64,000 nucleotides of DNA from Candidatus Bathyarchaeota archaeon (GTDB taxonomy: Archaea > Thermoproteota > Bathyarchaeia > Bathyarchaeales > Bathycorpusculaceae). Positions 38,269-47,968 of this stretch are shown piece by piece. How positions within the stretch are numbered: position 1 is the first letter of the stretch; every line of letters starts with the position of its first letter. A program made the translations under genes and the position numbers. The stretch is taken from NCBI GenBank assembly GCA_963833575.1, contig CAWHXY010000004.1:96001-160000 (forward strand), read 5' to 3'. The notes under the pieces were generated by a model that did no database searches, was not told the DNA's origin, and worked only from the letters and a program-made list of their open reading frames with translations.

Positions 38269-41139
38269 TCAGAATCGTTTGCTCAAGGATTTACGTTCAG
38301 CCTCCATAACCAACTCGTAAAATCGGTCTGAGGGCTTAGGCTCCTTCTCCAGAACAACCGCAATATCAGCAGTTAAGACTCGTCTGGCGCTCAACGCTGT
38401 AGCAGCGGCTTTTCCATATTTCTCAATCAACTCAGCGGTACGCTTTGCTTGCAACTGCATTTTTTCTTCATCCTTAGCTAAATGTCCCTTCTTCTCAATT
38501 AACGGCAAAGCCTTCTCCTCATCAACCTTCAGTAATCCAAGCGCGAAAGAGCCACATCTGGGGCATTTTGGTTTGTCAGGTAAATCTTTTATTCGAATGG
38601 TCTCCATGTAATCCCAACAGTTCGTGCAAACAAAATTGCCTGATTCATTAAGTAATCGCGCTTTGGCTGCTGCAACAAGAACAGCGCGCATTTTCTCAGG
38701 AGGAATCAAATCGGTTTTCATACTTACCCGTTCAATTCCCACACGAGCAACAGGCGTCGCATCTCCACCAGTTGCAACAACTTGAAAGCCAACATCACCA
38801 TCATGAAAACGCTTTAGAACCATAACAAGCCCGTCTACATCAAGGTCTTTAGAGAAAACCTCCTTCAACCCCTCCTCATAAATTGGTGTTCCCTCAAAGC
38901 TAGTAATCAACTTCTGAATGCTTACGTTACTGAAGTCAGCCCACTTCTTTAATGCACCAAAACGCCTAGCTACCTGTATCACACGGCGCTTGAATAATCC
39001 CGTCTTAACGGTTGACCTAGTTAACGTGTCCTTAGCTACTTGCGTACTCATGTTTTTCAATTCATCAAAAACCTTAACCAGCCGTTCAGCGCTCATACTT
39101 CCCATAGTTTGCACGAAAATGCGGTAAGGATCATGCTGAACAACCATACCGCGCCCAAGCTTATCAGACAAAACTTCTCCAAGCAACTGGGCTAAAGCCC
39201 GATTAATTAATGAACCAAAATTAGAGTGAATAATAACAAATTCACCCCAATCCTCAAGCACAACACGTTTTAGGGTTGGAACTGCATAACCAGCATTAAC
39301 TTGCTCCACTGTTTCCGCCAACGCATGTAAAATCGTCTCGGCATCAGCAGGATAACGTTCAGAAAGTAAAACGCTAACCTGTTTAGGAGAAAAGCCACTG
39401 TGAATTTTATCCTCTGCAAAACCTCGTATTTCAGCTAGCTCCTGCGCTATCGCGTAGGGCACTGGAATTTCCTCGCCTATCCAGCTGGGAATCGAACCCG
39501 TGGGATCGTCAACAGGACGCACATACACTTTGTCTTCAGTAGCATGAATTATTTGCCATGGGCTACCCCTTATGATGAATTTCGTTCCCGGTTTGCCATA
39601 TTCCGCCATGAACGCTTCATCTAAGACACCAATAGATGTGTCTGTTGACTCATCAATGACCAGGAACTGTTTCTCTACAGGAATCATAGATAAATTATCG
39701 AAATAATATTCAAAGAGAGCCTTGGAACGCTGAGGCTTCAAAGCTACCTGATCTTCAAACGAAACCCACGCTAAACGCGGAAAACGCTCATGCATATATT
39801 TGAAAGCTTTTCCAACGTCTTCGATAGTTAAGTTTTCATATGGAGCAGCATTACGGGCTAACTCTAAAACACCGTTAAATTCTAAGCGTCTGTTTTTTAG
39901 CATCAAACCAGCAATCTGATGAACTAAAACATCGTAAGGCTTGTCTGGAATCTGCAGAGGCTCAAGCTCCTCGTTGAGTGCTCTGCGGGCAATAACTAAA
40001 GCTTCTAGTGTATCATCAGAATCCATGCCAATTATCACACCTTCAGCAACATCCCCATAAGTGTGACCGGCTCTTCCAACCCTTTGAATAAGCCTAGTAA
40101 CCTGCCGTGGACTCATATATTGAATAACAAAATCGATTCGTCCAACATCTATACCTAATTCGAGACTGCTGGTAGCAATTAAACCTTTAAGTTCACCACG
40201 TTTTAAACCGTTTTCCGCAGCTATCCGTGATACCTTAGCTAGCGAGCCATGATGGATAGATATTGGAAAATCAATATCCCACACCTTAAACCTGGAGGCT
40301 AAAACTTCTGAAATCGAACGTGTATTTGTAAAGAGTAAAACAGATTTTCGCTTATTCATGTAATCGCGAATAATACGCAGTCTAGCTGCTACCTCTGGAT
40401 GAGTATAAATTTTTGATGCAAACCGCACATCGTCTTCCGTTGGCTTAGGGTATATAACTTGCAGCTTGACCATTTTTGCAACAGGAACACGAATAATTTC
40501 TACTGGGCGCTTGGTGCCAACTAGGAACTGAGCGACCTTTTCTGGGCTGCCAATGGTGGCCGATAAACCAATCATCTGGAAGTCTTTTCCAGTCAGGCTT
40601 CTAACGCGTTCTAGCGCCAAGGATAATTGGCTTCCCCTCTTGCTATCCGCTAACTCGTGCACTTCATCAATAACTATCCATTTTAAAGCTTGAAGGTGTT
40701 GTCGCAGAACCCAACCAGAAAGTATAGCTTGCAAGGTTTCAGGAGTAGTTATTAAAATGTCTGGTGGACTACGCGATTGCCGTGTCCTTTCTTTTGTCTC
40801 AGTATCGCCATGTCTAACTGCAAGTTTTATATCTAGGCTGTTGCACCACCATTGAAGTCGATCAAGCATATCTCTGTTTAAAGCTCTTAAAGGGGTAATG
40901 TATAGGACTTTGATTCCCGGGGTTTTCGCTTCCCTTAGAAGCATGCTTAATACAGGCAGGAAGGCGGCTTCCGTTTTGCCTGTAGCCGTGGGTGAAATTA
41001 ACAAAACGTTTTTGCCTTCAAGTATTTTTGGGATTGTTTTTTCTTGAGGCTCAGTTGGTTTAGAGAAACCCTTCTGTTCTACGAGCCTTCGAACCGGCTT
41101 TACAAGCATATCAAAAGTGTTCTCGGAAGTTGCCTGCAC
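38269..41139 (-). CDS. lhr: Lhr-family DEAH-box helicase with C-terminal Zn ribbon
   Basis: PTATGKT, DEVHE, SSLELGID, QRVGRAGH, CTNC...CPRC. Confidence 0.93.
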   Translation of the reverse strand: MQATSENTFDMLVKPVRRLVEQKGFSKPTEPQEKTIPKILEGKNVLLISPTATGKTEAAFLPVLSMLLREAKTPGIKVLYITPLRALNRDMLDRLQWWCNSLDIKLAVRHGDTETKERTRQSRSPPDILITTPETLQAILSGWVLRQHLQALKWIVIDEVHELADSKRGSQLSLALERVRSLTGKDFQMIGLSATIGSPEKVAQFLVGTKRPVEIIRVPVAKMVKLQVIYPKPTEDDVRFASKIYTHPEVAARLRIIRDYMNKRKSVLLFTNTRSISEVLASRFKVWDIDFPISIHHGSLAKVSRIAAENGLKRGELKGLIATSSLELGIDVGRIDFVIQYMSPRQVTRLIQRVGRAGHTYGDVAEGVIIGMDSDDTLEALVIARRALNEELEPLQIPDKPYDVLVHQIAGLMLKNRRLEFNGVLELARNAAPYENLTIEDVGKAFKYMHERFPRLAWVSFEDQVALKPQRSKALFEYYFDNLSMIPVEKQFLVIDESTDTSIGVLDEAFMAEYGKPGTKFIIRGSPWQIIHATEDKVYVRPVDDPTGSIPSWIGEEIPVPYAIAQELAEIRGFAEDKIHSGFSPKQVSVLLSERYPADAETILHALAETVEQVNAGYAVPTLKRVVLEDWGEFVIIHSNFGSLINRALAQLLGEVLSDKLGRGMVVQHDPYRIFVQTMGSMSAERLVKVFDELKNMSTQVAKDTLTRSTVKTGLFKRRVIQVARRFGALKKWADFSNVSIQKLITSFEGTPIYEEGLKEVFSKDLDVDGLVMVLKRFHDGDVGFQVVATGGDATPVARVGIERVSMKTDLIPPEKMRAVLVAAAKARLLNESGNFVCTNCWDYMETIRIKDLPDKPKCPRCGSFALGLLKVDEEKALPLIEKKGHLAKDEEKMQLQAKRTAELIEKYGKAAATALSARRVLTADIAVVLEKEPKPSDRFYELVMEAERKSLSKRF

Positions 41140-41434
41140 TATAAAGTTGACCTCGAATACTATGTTAAGCGGGTGGTCTGCTATAAAAGACGTTAGGAGT
41201 TTTACTACAATTCCGGTTTTGTAGCGTATTGCAATATTTCAAGCAATAGCTTGATTAATTATTATTGTTTTGCTTAATATTCAAGGTTTCATTAGAATGC
41301 TTTCAACCATTTCCTTTAAATGATCTCAAAGGCTTTGACAAAAATTTGTATAAATATAATGTTGAAATTGAAAATATCGATCTGAAAGCAATGGAAAGTT
41401 TTTTATCTATCAGCATAAACGATGGAGATAGGAT

Positions 41435-41623
41435 ATGGAGGAAATTAAAATGGCGAAATGTCCAAAATGCGGAACTGAAGTTGCAAAACCAAAGAAGACA
41501 TGGAAAATGGCTGGCCGTCCAGATAAAGCTGGAAAACGTATGCAACTAGAAATCGGACTCTATGAATGCCCAACAAAATGTGGCCATGTATTCCGCGAAG
41601 TACTAAGCAAAAAGAAAATCTAA
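41435..41623 (+). CDS. cren7: Cren7-like chromatin protein (start probably ATG 41450)
   Basis: KCPKCG...PKKTWKMAG...IGLYECPTKCGHVFR. Confidence 0.8.
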   Translation: MEEIKMAKCPKCGTEVAKPKKTWKMAGRPDKAGKRMQLEIGLYECPTKCGHVFREVLSKKKI

Positions 41624-41755
41624 AAAATGCAACCGGAAAAACCTGTTGATTGCACTATTTTGTCCTCTTTATTTTTTTCCTTATTTTTATGACAAGTTTT
41701 AAAACATAGTAAGTTCTTATGAACTGGAATACTTTATGATTGTAGAGGCTAAAAT

Positions 41756-42436
41756 TTGATTGCACTAAAAAAAATGTGGAAAAATGATTATTTTAAGACA
41801 GTAGTTGCAATCGTTTTGATTATTGCGATTGTTCTTGGCTTTTTCTTCGGTTTACAACTAGGGCTTAAGACGTCTTATCCAATGTTGACTGTGGAAAGCG
41901 GCAGCATGAGCATTCCTTACGATGGCAGTGATAGCTTCTGGTTAAGCATAACTCACCCGTTTGACCGAACCTTAAGCATCGGAGACATCATAATTGTACA
42001 AGGCGTAAACCCCAAAGACCTAAACACAAACTACCCAAACAGCGACATAATCATATTCCACAGCCCTATAGATGGAACCTTAATTGTTCATCGCATAATT
42101 GCCACAGAAACAATCAATGGAGTAACATATTACCAAACTAAAGGTGATGGAAACGGAAACCCATGGCCACAAACCCCACGGCAAGGCTTAGACCCCTGGG
42201 ACAGCAATAACCCCCCAGGAGTTCCCCAAAACCTTGTTGTTGGCAAAGTAATTATGCGTATTCCATGGTTCGGATGGATAACACTATTCATGAGAAATAA
42301 CTCGTTAGGTTTGCCAGTGATAATAGGTCTCATACTCTTGCTTGTAATTATCGAATTTGTTATTCCAGTCATAAGAGGCAAGAAAAAAACTGAACAACAA
42401 AATGCAACCCAACCGCAGCCACAGATGTCTTTATAA
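41756..42436 (+). CDS. Signal peptidase I (archaeal/Sec11 type)
   Basis: VESGSM, GDIIIV, IVHRI, TKGDGN; N- and C-terminal TMs. Confidence 0.92.
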   Translation: MIALKKMWKNDYFKTVVAIVLIIAIVLGFFFGLQLGLKTSYPMLTVESGSMSIPYDGSDSFWLSITHPFDRTLSIGDIIIVQGVNPKDLNTNYPNSDIIIFHSPIDGTLIVHRIIATETINGVTYYQTKGDGNGNPWPQTPRQGLDPWDSNNPPGVPQNLVVGKVIMRIPWFGWITLFMRNNSLGLPVIIGLILLLVIIEFVIPVIRGKKKTEQQNATQPQPQMSL

Positions 42437-42491
42437 AGAAAGCTTCTGATTTATGAATATTTAAGGGCGGTTAAAGCAAGAGGGATATGGA

Positions 42492-43052
42492 TTGCCAAAA
42501 GTTAAAGCTGTCATAAGCGTCGAGAACGTGGTAGCTTCTGCAACTCTTAACCAAAAAGTTGACTTGAACGCCGTAGTTAAAGGATATCCTGGCGTTGAAT
42601 ATCGGCCAGAGCAATTCCCCGGACTGGTTTTTAGGTTAAAACGTCCTAAGACTGCAACTTTAATTTTTAATTCTGGAAAAATGGTTTGTACTGGCGCTAA
42701 ATCAGAGAAGGAAGCTCGTCGGGCTGTCATGAAGGTTGTAAAGGAACTAAAAAAGGGTGGCATAATAATTATTAGCAAACCAGAGCTTAAAATCCAAAAT
42801 ATCGTTGCCTCAGGCGGTTTAGGAGGTATGATTGATCTTGAAAAAGCTGCTTACACGCTTGGCCACGCTATGTACGAACCTGAACAGTTCCCGGGCTTAA
42901 TCTACAGAATGGCAGAGCCGAAAGTAGTGATTTTGCTTTTTGCAAGTGGCAAACTTGTTTGTACTGGAGCCAAACAGGAACAAGATGTTTACGACGCTGT
43001 AGAAAAATTGCATACGCTGTTAGAAGAGACCAACTTGATATTCTACGAGTAA
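42492..43052 (+). CDS. tbp: TATA-box-binding protein
   Basis: Two repeats with PEQFPGL and SGKxVCTGAK. Confidence 0.98.
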   Translation: MPKVKAVISVENVVASATLNQKVDLNAVVKGYPGVEYRPEQFPGLVFRLKRPKTATLIFNSGKMVCTGAKSEKEARRAVMKVVKELKKGGIIIISKPELKIQNIVASGGLGGMIDLEKAAYTLGHAMYEPEQFPGLIYRMAEPKVVILLFASGKLVCTGAKQEQDVYDAVEKLHTLLEETNLIFYE

Positions 43053-43061
43053 TATTCTGTT

Positions 43062-43688
43062 CTATCGCTTTTTTACTTGTTTTAGGATTGTTTTTAGGCT
43101 CTCATGGTCTATGGCACCTATCTCGAACAGAGTATTAGCTATTTCACTTATCTTAAGCAACGCATGAAGTTTTATTCCACTATTTTCCAATTTCTGTTTT
43201 CCTTCTTCCCTGTCAAGGAAAACAACGGCATCTGTAACGACTCCACCTTCAGCTCTGACGGCAGCACTAGTTTTTTTAAGAGTCAGCCCAGTGGTGACTA
43301 AATCATCAATTAAGAGAACTCTGTCTCCTGATGCTAAGACACCTTCGACTCTCCGTTCTCTTCCATGCATCCGAACACCTTTGCGCACGTAAAGGAAGGG
43401 TTTTCTTAGATTATATGCCACTTGTGATGCAAAGATAATACCAGCCACCGGAACACCCGCTATTCTGTCGAAGTTTTTTAGTCCAATTTGGGTGGTTATA
43501 TATTCAGCGTAGAAGTCGCAGATTTCTCTAAAAGCATCTGGAAAACTCGGTATTACTCTTAAGTCAATATAATATGGACTTGCCTTTCCACTTGATAGTT
43601 TGAATACGCCAAATTTTACAACGTCTAGTTTGAGAAGTATATTTGCCATTTGATCTTTCTTTTCTTGACTTGCTTTTTCTGTTTTCAA
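43062..43688 (-). CDS. pyrE: Orotate phosphoribosyltransferase
   Basis: FKLSSGKASPYYIDLR, LIDDLVTTG. Confidence 0.93.
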   Translation of the reverse strand: MKTEKASQEKKDQMANILLKLDVVKFGVFKLSSGKASPYYIDLRVIPSFPDAFREICDFYAEYITTQIGLKNFDRIAGVPVAGIIFASQVAYNLRKPFLYVRKGVRMHGRERRVEGVLASGDRVLLIDDLVTTGLTLKKTSAAVRAEGGVVTDAVVFLDREEGKQKLENSGIKLHALLKISEIANTLFEIGAIDHESLKTILKQVKKR

Positions 43689-43692
43689 TTTA

Positions 43693-44397
43693 TCACTTCC
43701 TCTTTGATATCTGATAAATTTTGTTTAGTTGTGGAATCAAGCATGCAGTCTTTGGCAATTCCTTCTTTAACATTTCAGCAAACTCTATTTGGCTTGCGCT
43801 TGTTGCTGTATGATATGGAACAGCAACTTGAGGTTTAGTTAATCGTGCTATCTCAAAGCCTGTTGTAGGTGTTGCACCTGGGGCTATGCCAACCGTACAG
43901 AAAACTACGTCGAATTTCTCATTTTGTCCCATGACTGCGAGTTCGGGGAATGGCAGACTGTCTGCTGTGTGGTAGACTTTAACTTCATCCTCACTGGTTA
44001 TAATGTAAGACACTGGAGCTTGGGCTGGATGGTTACATTTTTCTGCTTTTATTGAGACTTCGCCGATTTTTGTTTCAACTCCTGGTTTGACTTCTTGAAG
44101 TTTCTCAGCTGGAATTGCATGTTGCAGTTTTTTGGTTGAGGCTGCATCAGCGATTATGATGCAGTTTGTTGCTTTTTGAACTTCAATTATTAGTCGTGGA
44201 TCTAAATGGTCATAATGTTCATGAGTTATTAGAATTGCATCTACGCCTTTCAGGCTCTTTGGTTTGACGTCAACTGGATCAATTGCAAGGGTTTTGCTTG
44301 GGGTTTTCAGCAATACTCCGGCGTAAGGGTTTAGCCAAACAAATAGGACAGCGTTTTTTTCTGGTATTTTCTGTATCGACATAACTTGATTCCTCAA
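43693..44397 (-). CDS. Metallo-beta-lactamase-fold hydrolase
   Basis: ITHEHYDH, YHTADS, VPYH. Confidence 0.88.
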   Translation of the reverse strand: MRNQVMSIQKIPEKNAVLFVWLNPYAGVLLKTPSKTLAIDPVDVKPKSLKGVDAILITHEHYDHLDPRLIIEVQKATNCIIIADAASTKKLQHAIPAEKLQEVKPGVETKIGEVSIKAEKCNHPAQAPVSYIITSEDEVKVYHTADSLPFPELAVMGQNEKFDVVFCTVGIAPGATPTTGFEIARLTKPQVAVPYHTATSASQIEFAEMLKKELPKTACLIPQLNKIYQISKRK

Positions 44398-44466
44398 ACT
44401 AATTATGTATTTGATGTTTTAAAGAAGTTGCGTTATTTGATTTCTCGAGAAGTAGTACTCTGCTTG

Positions 44467-44754
44467 TTACTGGTTCCCGATTACATCTTTGATCCATTTG
44501 ACTAGCGTTTTATACGTCTCTATTCCTTTTGGAGTAAGCGAAATATGTTTTGAACGCTCAGCATCTTCTCTTACGTTAATTAACCCTTTATTTTCAAGCC
44601 AATCTAAATATTTAGTATAAACATTAAAGTTTAGACCAACCGCCATTTGAAGTTCCGTCTTACGTCGTGAACCACCTGAAGCAATCAATTTTTCCAGAAA
44701 CCTTGAAACCACGTATAAGTCTGGTTTAGGTTCTTTTTCCTGTGGCACTGACAT
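44467..44754 (-). CDS. Winged-helix regulator
   Basis: KTELQMAVGLNFNVYTKYLDWL...LTPKG. Confidence 0.85.
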   Translation of the reverse strand: MSVPQEKEPKPDLYVVSRFLEKLIASGGSRRKTELQMAVGLNFNVYTKYLDWLENKGLINVREDAERSKHISLTPKGIETYKTLVKWIKDVIGNQ

Positions 44755-44764
44755 ATTTTTCCCT

Positions 44765-45457
44765 TCACAGGTTTTCTATGGCGCTGGCAGTGTAGGTTCT
44801 GAATCTGACGACATTTGATTGCCATTTTTCAAATTTTAAGTTAATTCCATAGTAAGTTGCTATCGCCAAAATGAACATGTAAACAATGAAAGCAACTTCT
44901 ATTATCCTAAATTCTATAATGTTCACTTGGTAAACAGATAATAGGAAAATTACGATTGCGACGATGGGCCAAAAAAGCACGCTAAAAACATCCTTTTTTA
45001 TAGTTCTGATCCAATCGCCAGTTGCCAAAACCACTTTCATCAAGTTTTCAATGATAGACTGACCATCCCTTTGGGAGTCCAATGTATTATCAGGCTTAAT
45101 GAATGAAGCAAGTACTTTTTTCCAGTATGGAATATCCTCGGTACAACAGTTTCTGTTTCCAAGCATGTTTCTGGCGAAAACCCAAGCAGCAATTGCGAGG
45201 AAAATTACGCCTTCTGTAAAGAACTGTTGTTTGCTTGGATCTGCAACGAACAGTCCGATTGAAACTAAACCAACAATTGAAAGAGAGAGCAGCAATGCGG
45301 TAAGGCAATATTTCCACACTTTAGACAGGGTATCAAGGATTTGGTTTGCGTCATGTATCATAGAAATATAAGAAGAATCAAGATTATCTTTTGTTGAACT
45401 GTTGTTCTGACTGTCATCGTTGATCATTAATTTTACCTCAAGACCCCTGAAATACAA
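44765..45457 (-). CDS. Membrane protein with an internal duplication (2+2 TM)
   Basis: Two helix/2-TM/W-containing modules. Confidence 0.7.
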   Translation of the reverse strand: MYFRGLEVKLMINDDSQNNSSTKDNLDSSYISMIHDANQILDTLSKVWKYCLTALLLSLSIVGLVSIGLFVADPSKQQFFTEGVIFLAIAAWVFARNMLGNRNCCTEDIPYWKKVLASFIKPDNTLDSQRDGQSIIENLMKVVLATGDWIRTIKKDVFSVLFWPIVAIVIFLLSVYQVNIIEFRIIEVAFIVYMFILAIATYYGINLKFEKWQSNVVRFRTYTASAIENL

Positions 45458-45488
45458 AAAGGAGGGGAAATGCGTTTAACTTTTTCTA

Positions 45489-45680
45489 TCACTTATCAGG
45501 CGGTCTCCGGCATTCAATGGCGCAAGCGGTTATCCACAATCCTATCATAACGATTAGCATAGAACCAAAGATATCAAATCTCAAGGTTAAAACTCCAGTT
45601 TCGTTTAGTAGGTCGATGGCTCAAGCTGCAATTATGATTAGACCTAATGCCAAAAGCAACAATATACTATATTGTCTCAT
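45489..45680 (-). pseudogene. Small 2-TM protein with an in-frame TGA
   Basis: AGGAGGTGA RBS; MRQYSILLLLALGLIIIAA*AIDLL...RRPPDK*; TGA at 45623-45621. Confidence 0.6.
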
Positions 45681-45693
45681 CCTTCACCTCCTA

Positions 45694-46512
45694 TCAGATC
45701 AGCTTGCTTAGAAACCACTGCAACCCGTCGCTGAGCCACGTTACCATTATGCTCTTACGCCACAAGTAGATGGCTGCGACCAACGTAACCCCAATGAAGA
45801 CAAACGTGAACGGCAATCCCTCGTACCAGTATTCAGGATTACTCATCTCATGCAACGTGTACATGGCACCTATGAGAAAGGGCACGGCATAACGGTTCAG
45901 CCGTTTACCTATTCTGTCAGTTAAGAAGCCAAAGTAAAACAAGTTCTCCACTGTTGAAGCTGGATTCCCGAACATTCTAAACGCTGTCGCAAAGACGGCA
46001 GGTAAAAGAGCAATCTGTAAAACGCTCGAAGAAGCCACAGCTTGAAGCAAGCCTAAGCCTCCAATAATTGCAATCGCGGCAGCGTCGCCTTTCCAGCCTC
46101 TTGATCGAAAGCCTAGTTCTGACAGGTCAAATTTCCAGTGAAGGTAAATGTAAACGACGACCGCAATGGTTGCTATGTAATGCAGAGGATACCAGAGAAC
46201 TACACTGACGGCTGCGGCAGCAACAGGAATAATGAAGCCTGGTTTCTTGAAGGTGCTCCAGCCCTTGGTAAGCAGCAGAGGCAGAATTAGGAAGATTCCA
46301 GCGTAGTTGATAGAAAATAAGAGGAGCCCTTTTTCGTTTGAGTATGTCCAATCATGCATGTTTAAACCCAGAGCAATAGGAATTATCAGGTTCAACGCTA
46401 CGGTTACGGCAAAGAAAAATGTCCAAATAATTAGAGCCTGCTTCGCCTTCTTTTTTGCGTCCCAACTAAGTTTATTATTTTGTTTTTGGTTTAATGACTT
46501 ATTTGCATTCAA
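45694..46512 (-). CDS. CPBP/Abi-like intramembrane protease family protein (variant motifs)
   Basis: Multi-TM; LSELGF, VENLFYFGFL, YTLHE. Confidence 0.65.
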   Translation of the reverse strand: MNANKSLNQKQNNKLSWDAKKKAKQALIIWTFFFAVTVALNLIIPIALGLNMHDWTYSNEKGLLLFSINYAGIFLILPLLLTKGWSTFKKPGFIIPVAAAAVSVVLWYPLHYIATIAVVVYIYLHWKFDLSELGFRSRGWKGDAAAIAIIGGLGLLQAVASSSVLQIALLPAVFATAFRMFGNPASTVENLFYFGFLTDRIGKRLNRYAVPFLIGAMYTLHEMSNPEYWYEGLPFTFVFIGVTLVAAIYLWRKSIMVTWLSDGLQWFLSKLI

Positions 46513-46788
46513 TGTTTATCGATTAAATCGATTGAAGAATGTTAACAATGTCGGTTGCTCCACGCCGATACGTACCGTTGGTACAGTCAAAATTCTTGTC
46601 TATAATTTTAAAAAAAGAAAGGATGGGGTCAAGAAATCGGCTGAAAACGATTGTATGTAAATTGAATGTTAGATTATGATGGCTGGTTTGTAATTGTTTA
46701 GCTGTACAACACTAAGGCTGAGGTTGAGTTTTGGGAATAAAGGTTATGTAGACAATTATATGATAGGGGATAATAAGGGAGAAAACGG

Positions 46789-47418
46789 ATGAAGCGGTCA
46801 CTGAAAAGTTTAGGTCAAGGTTTTCTGGTGGCAACGGGGATAATTTGGATATTCAATATATCCTCACTTTTCATAAACGGTGACGCTTGGCTAGCTTTGC
46901 TTTACCTGCTGATACTGCTAATTCCTGTGTCAAGCTTTACGTATTTAGGATTCAGAAACACAAACACTCAAACTTCACACGAAATTTCAAAATGGCGGAA
47001 ACTACTTTTTTCTTTCCAAGGTGTAGCGTTGGCATTCTGGATGTTTGATTTAGCAACAACTTTCTACGCAATTAACGTTACAGGTTTAGCTGTAGAATTG
47101 AATCCTCTAGGTTGGCCGCTTGGGATTTTAGGTGCGCTAACATACTATGCTCCAACATTGGTTTTTTCATACATTTTGCTGTTTAAGATTAGAGACAAAA
47201 TTTCGTTGTACGCTGCCATACCGTTAACGCTAATTACGCTTGGCATGGGTTCAATGAATTTGATTGCGGGGGCGCAAAATTTTCAAGTGTTTGCTGACAC
47301 TGCAGCATTGGCATCGGGAGTACGATTTGGACTCTTGGCTGTTATCGGTACGGTAAGTTTGACGATTCCATTTGCTTTAAAAAGAACGACAAATCAGCCT
47401 AAAGCCGTTTTGTCATGA
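46789..47418 (+). CDS. Multi-pass membrane protein (DUF5658-like)
   Basis: FDLATTFYA...ELNPL motif; about six TMs. Confidence 0.65.
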   Translation: MKRSLKSLGQGFLVATGIIWIFNISSLFINGDAWLALLYLLILLIPVSSFTYLGFRNTNTQTSHEISKWRKLLFSFQGVALAFWMFDLATTFYAINVTGLAVELNPLGWPLGILGALTYYAPTLVFSYILLFKIRDKISLYAAIPLTLITLGMGSMNLIAGAQNFQVFADTAALASGVRFGLLAVIGTVSLTIPFALKRTTNQPKAVLS

Positions 47419-47875
47419 CGTATGCATCTTCGCCGTCTGAATAATACCCGTTTAAGGTTCTTGTAATTTCGAAGCCAAGCTTCTTGTAGAGCGAAATTGC
47501 AATGTCGTTTGTCACTCTAACTTCTAGAAAGCATTGTTTGGCTTTGTAATACTGCATACCCTCTAACGCTTTGTTGATTACCGACTGGGCAATGCCTTTG
47601 CGCCTATGCTGCGGCAACACCGCTATGGATACTACATGTCCTTTTTTTACTAAGCCGCCAAAACCATAATTTGATAAACCGACTTCAATACGGCACATTA
47701 TGTAACCTGCGATTGCCCCATTTTCTTCTGCTACGATAAAAGTTTCGGGAAAACGCTGATGTAAGTCCATAAAGAAAAAGTCGGTATAATTTTCTGGTAA
47801 ACAAACTCGGTTAATTTGCATCACACTTTGTAGGTCATCAGGCATGAATTTACGTAGCTTGAAGGTTTGTTGCAT
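47399..47875 (-). CDS. ard1: N-terminal acetyltransferase (Ard1/RimI family)
   Basis: CLPENY, GHVVSIAV, LEVRVTN, YYSDGEDAY. Confidence 0.93.
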   Translation of the reverse strand: MQQTFKLRKFMPDDLQSVMQINRVCLPENYTDFFFMDLHQRFPETFIVAEENGAIAGYIMCRIEVGLSNYGFGGLVKKGHVVSIAVLPQHRRKGIAQSVINKALEGMQYYKAKQCFLEVRVTNDIAISLYKKLGFEITRTLNGYYSDGEDAYVMTKRL

Positions 47876-47968
47876 TCTTTCGCCTTCTTAATCCACATTT
47901 CACTGTTGTAACTTAAAGTTTGTGCTTTAAGCGTCAATTATTTTCTTTTTGAGTATCGTAGATACTGT

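Noticed and set aside
45621-45623. Selenocysteine or alternative genetic code at the in-frame TGA
   Set aside because: It lies in a TM segment with no redox context or SECIS seen, and TGA terminates many genes in this window
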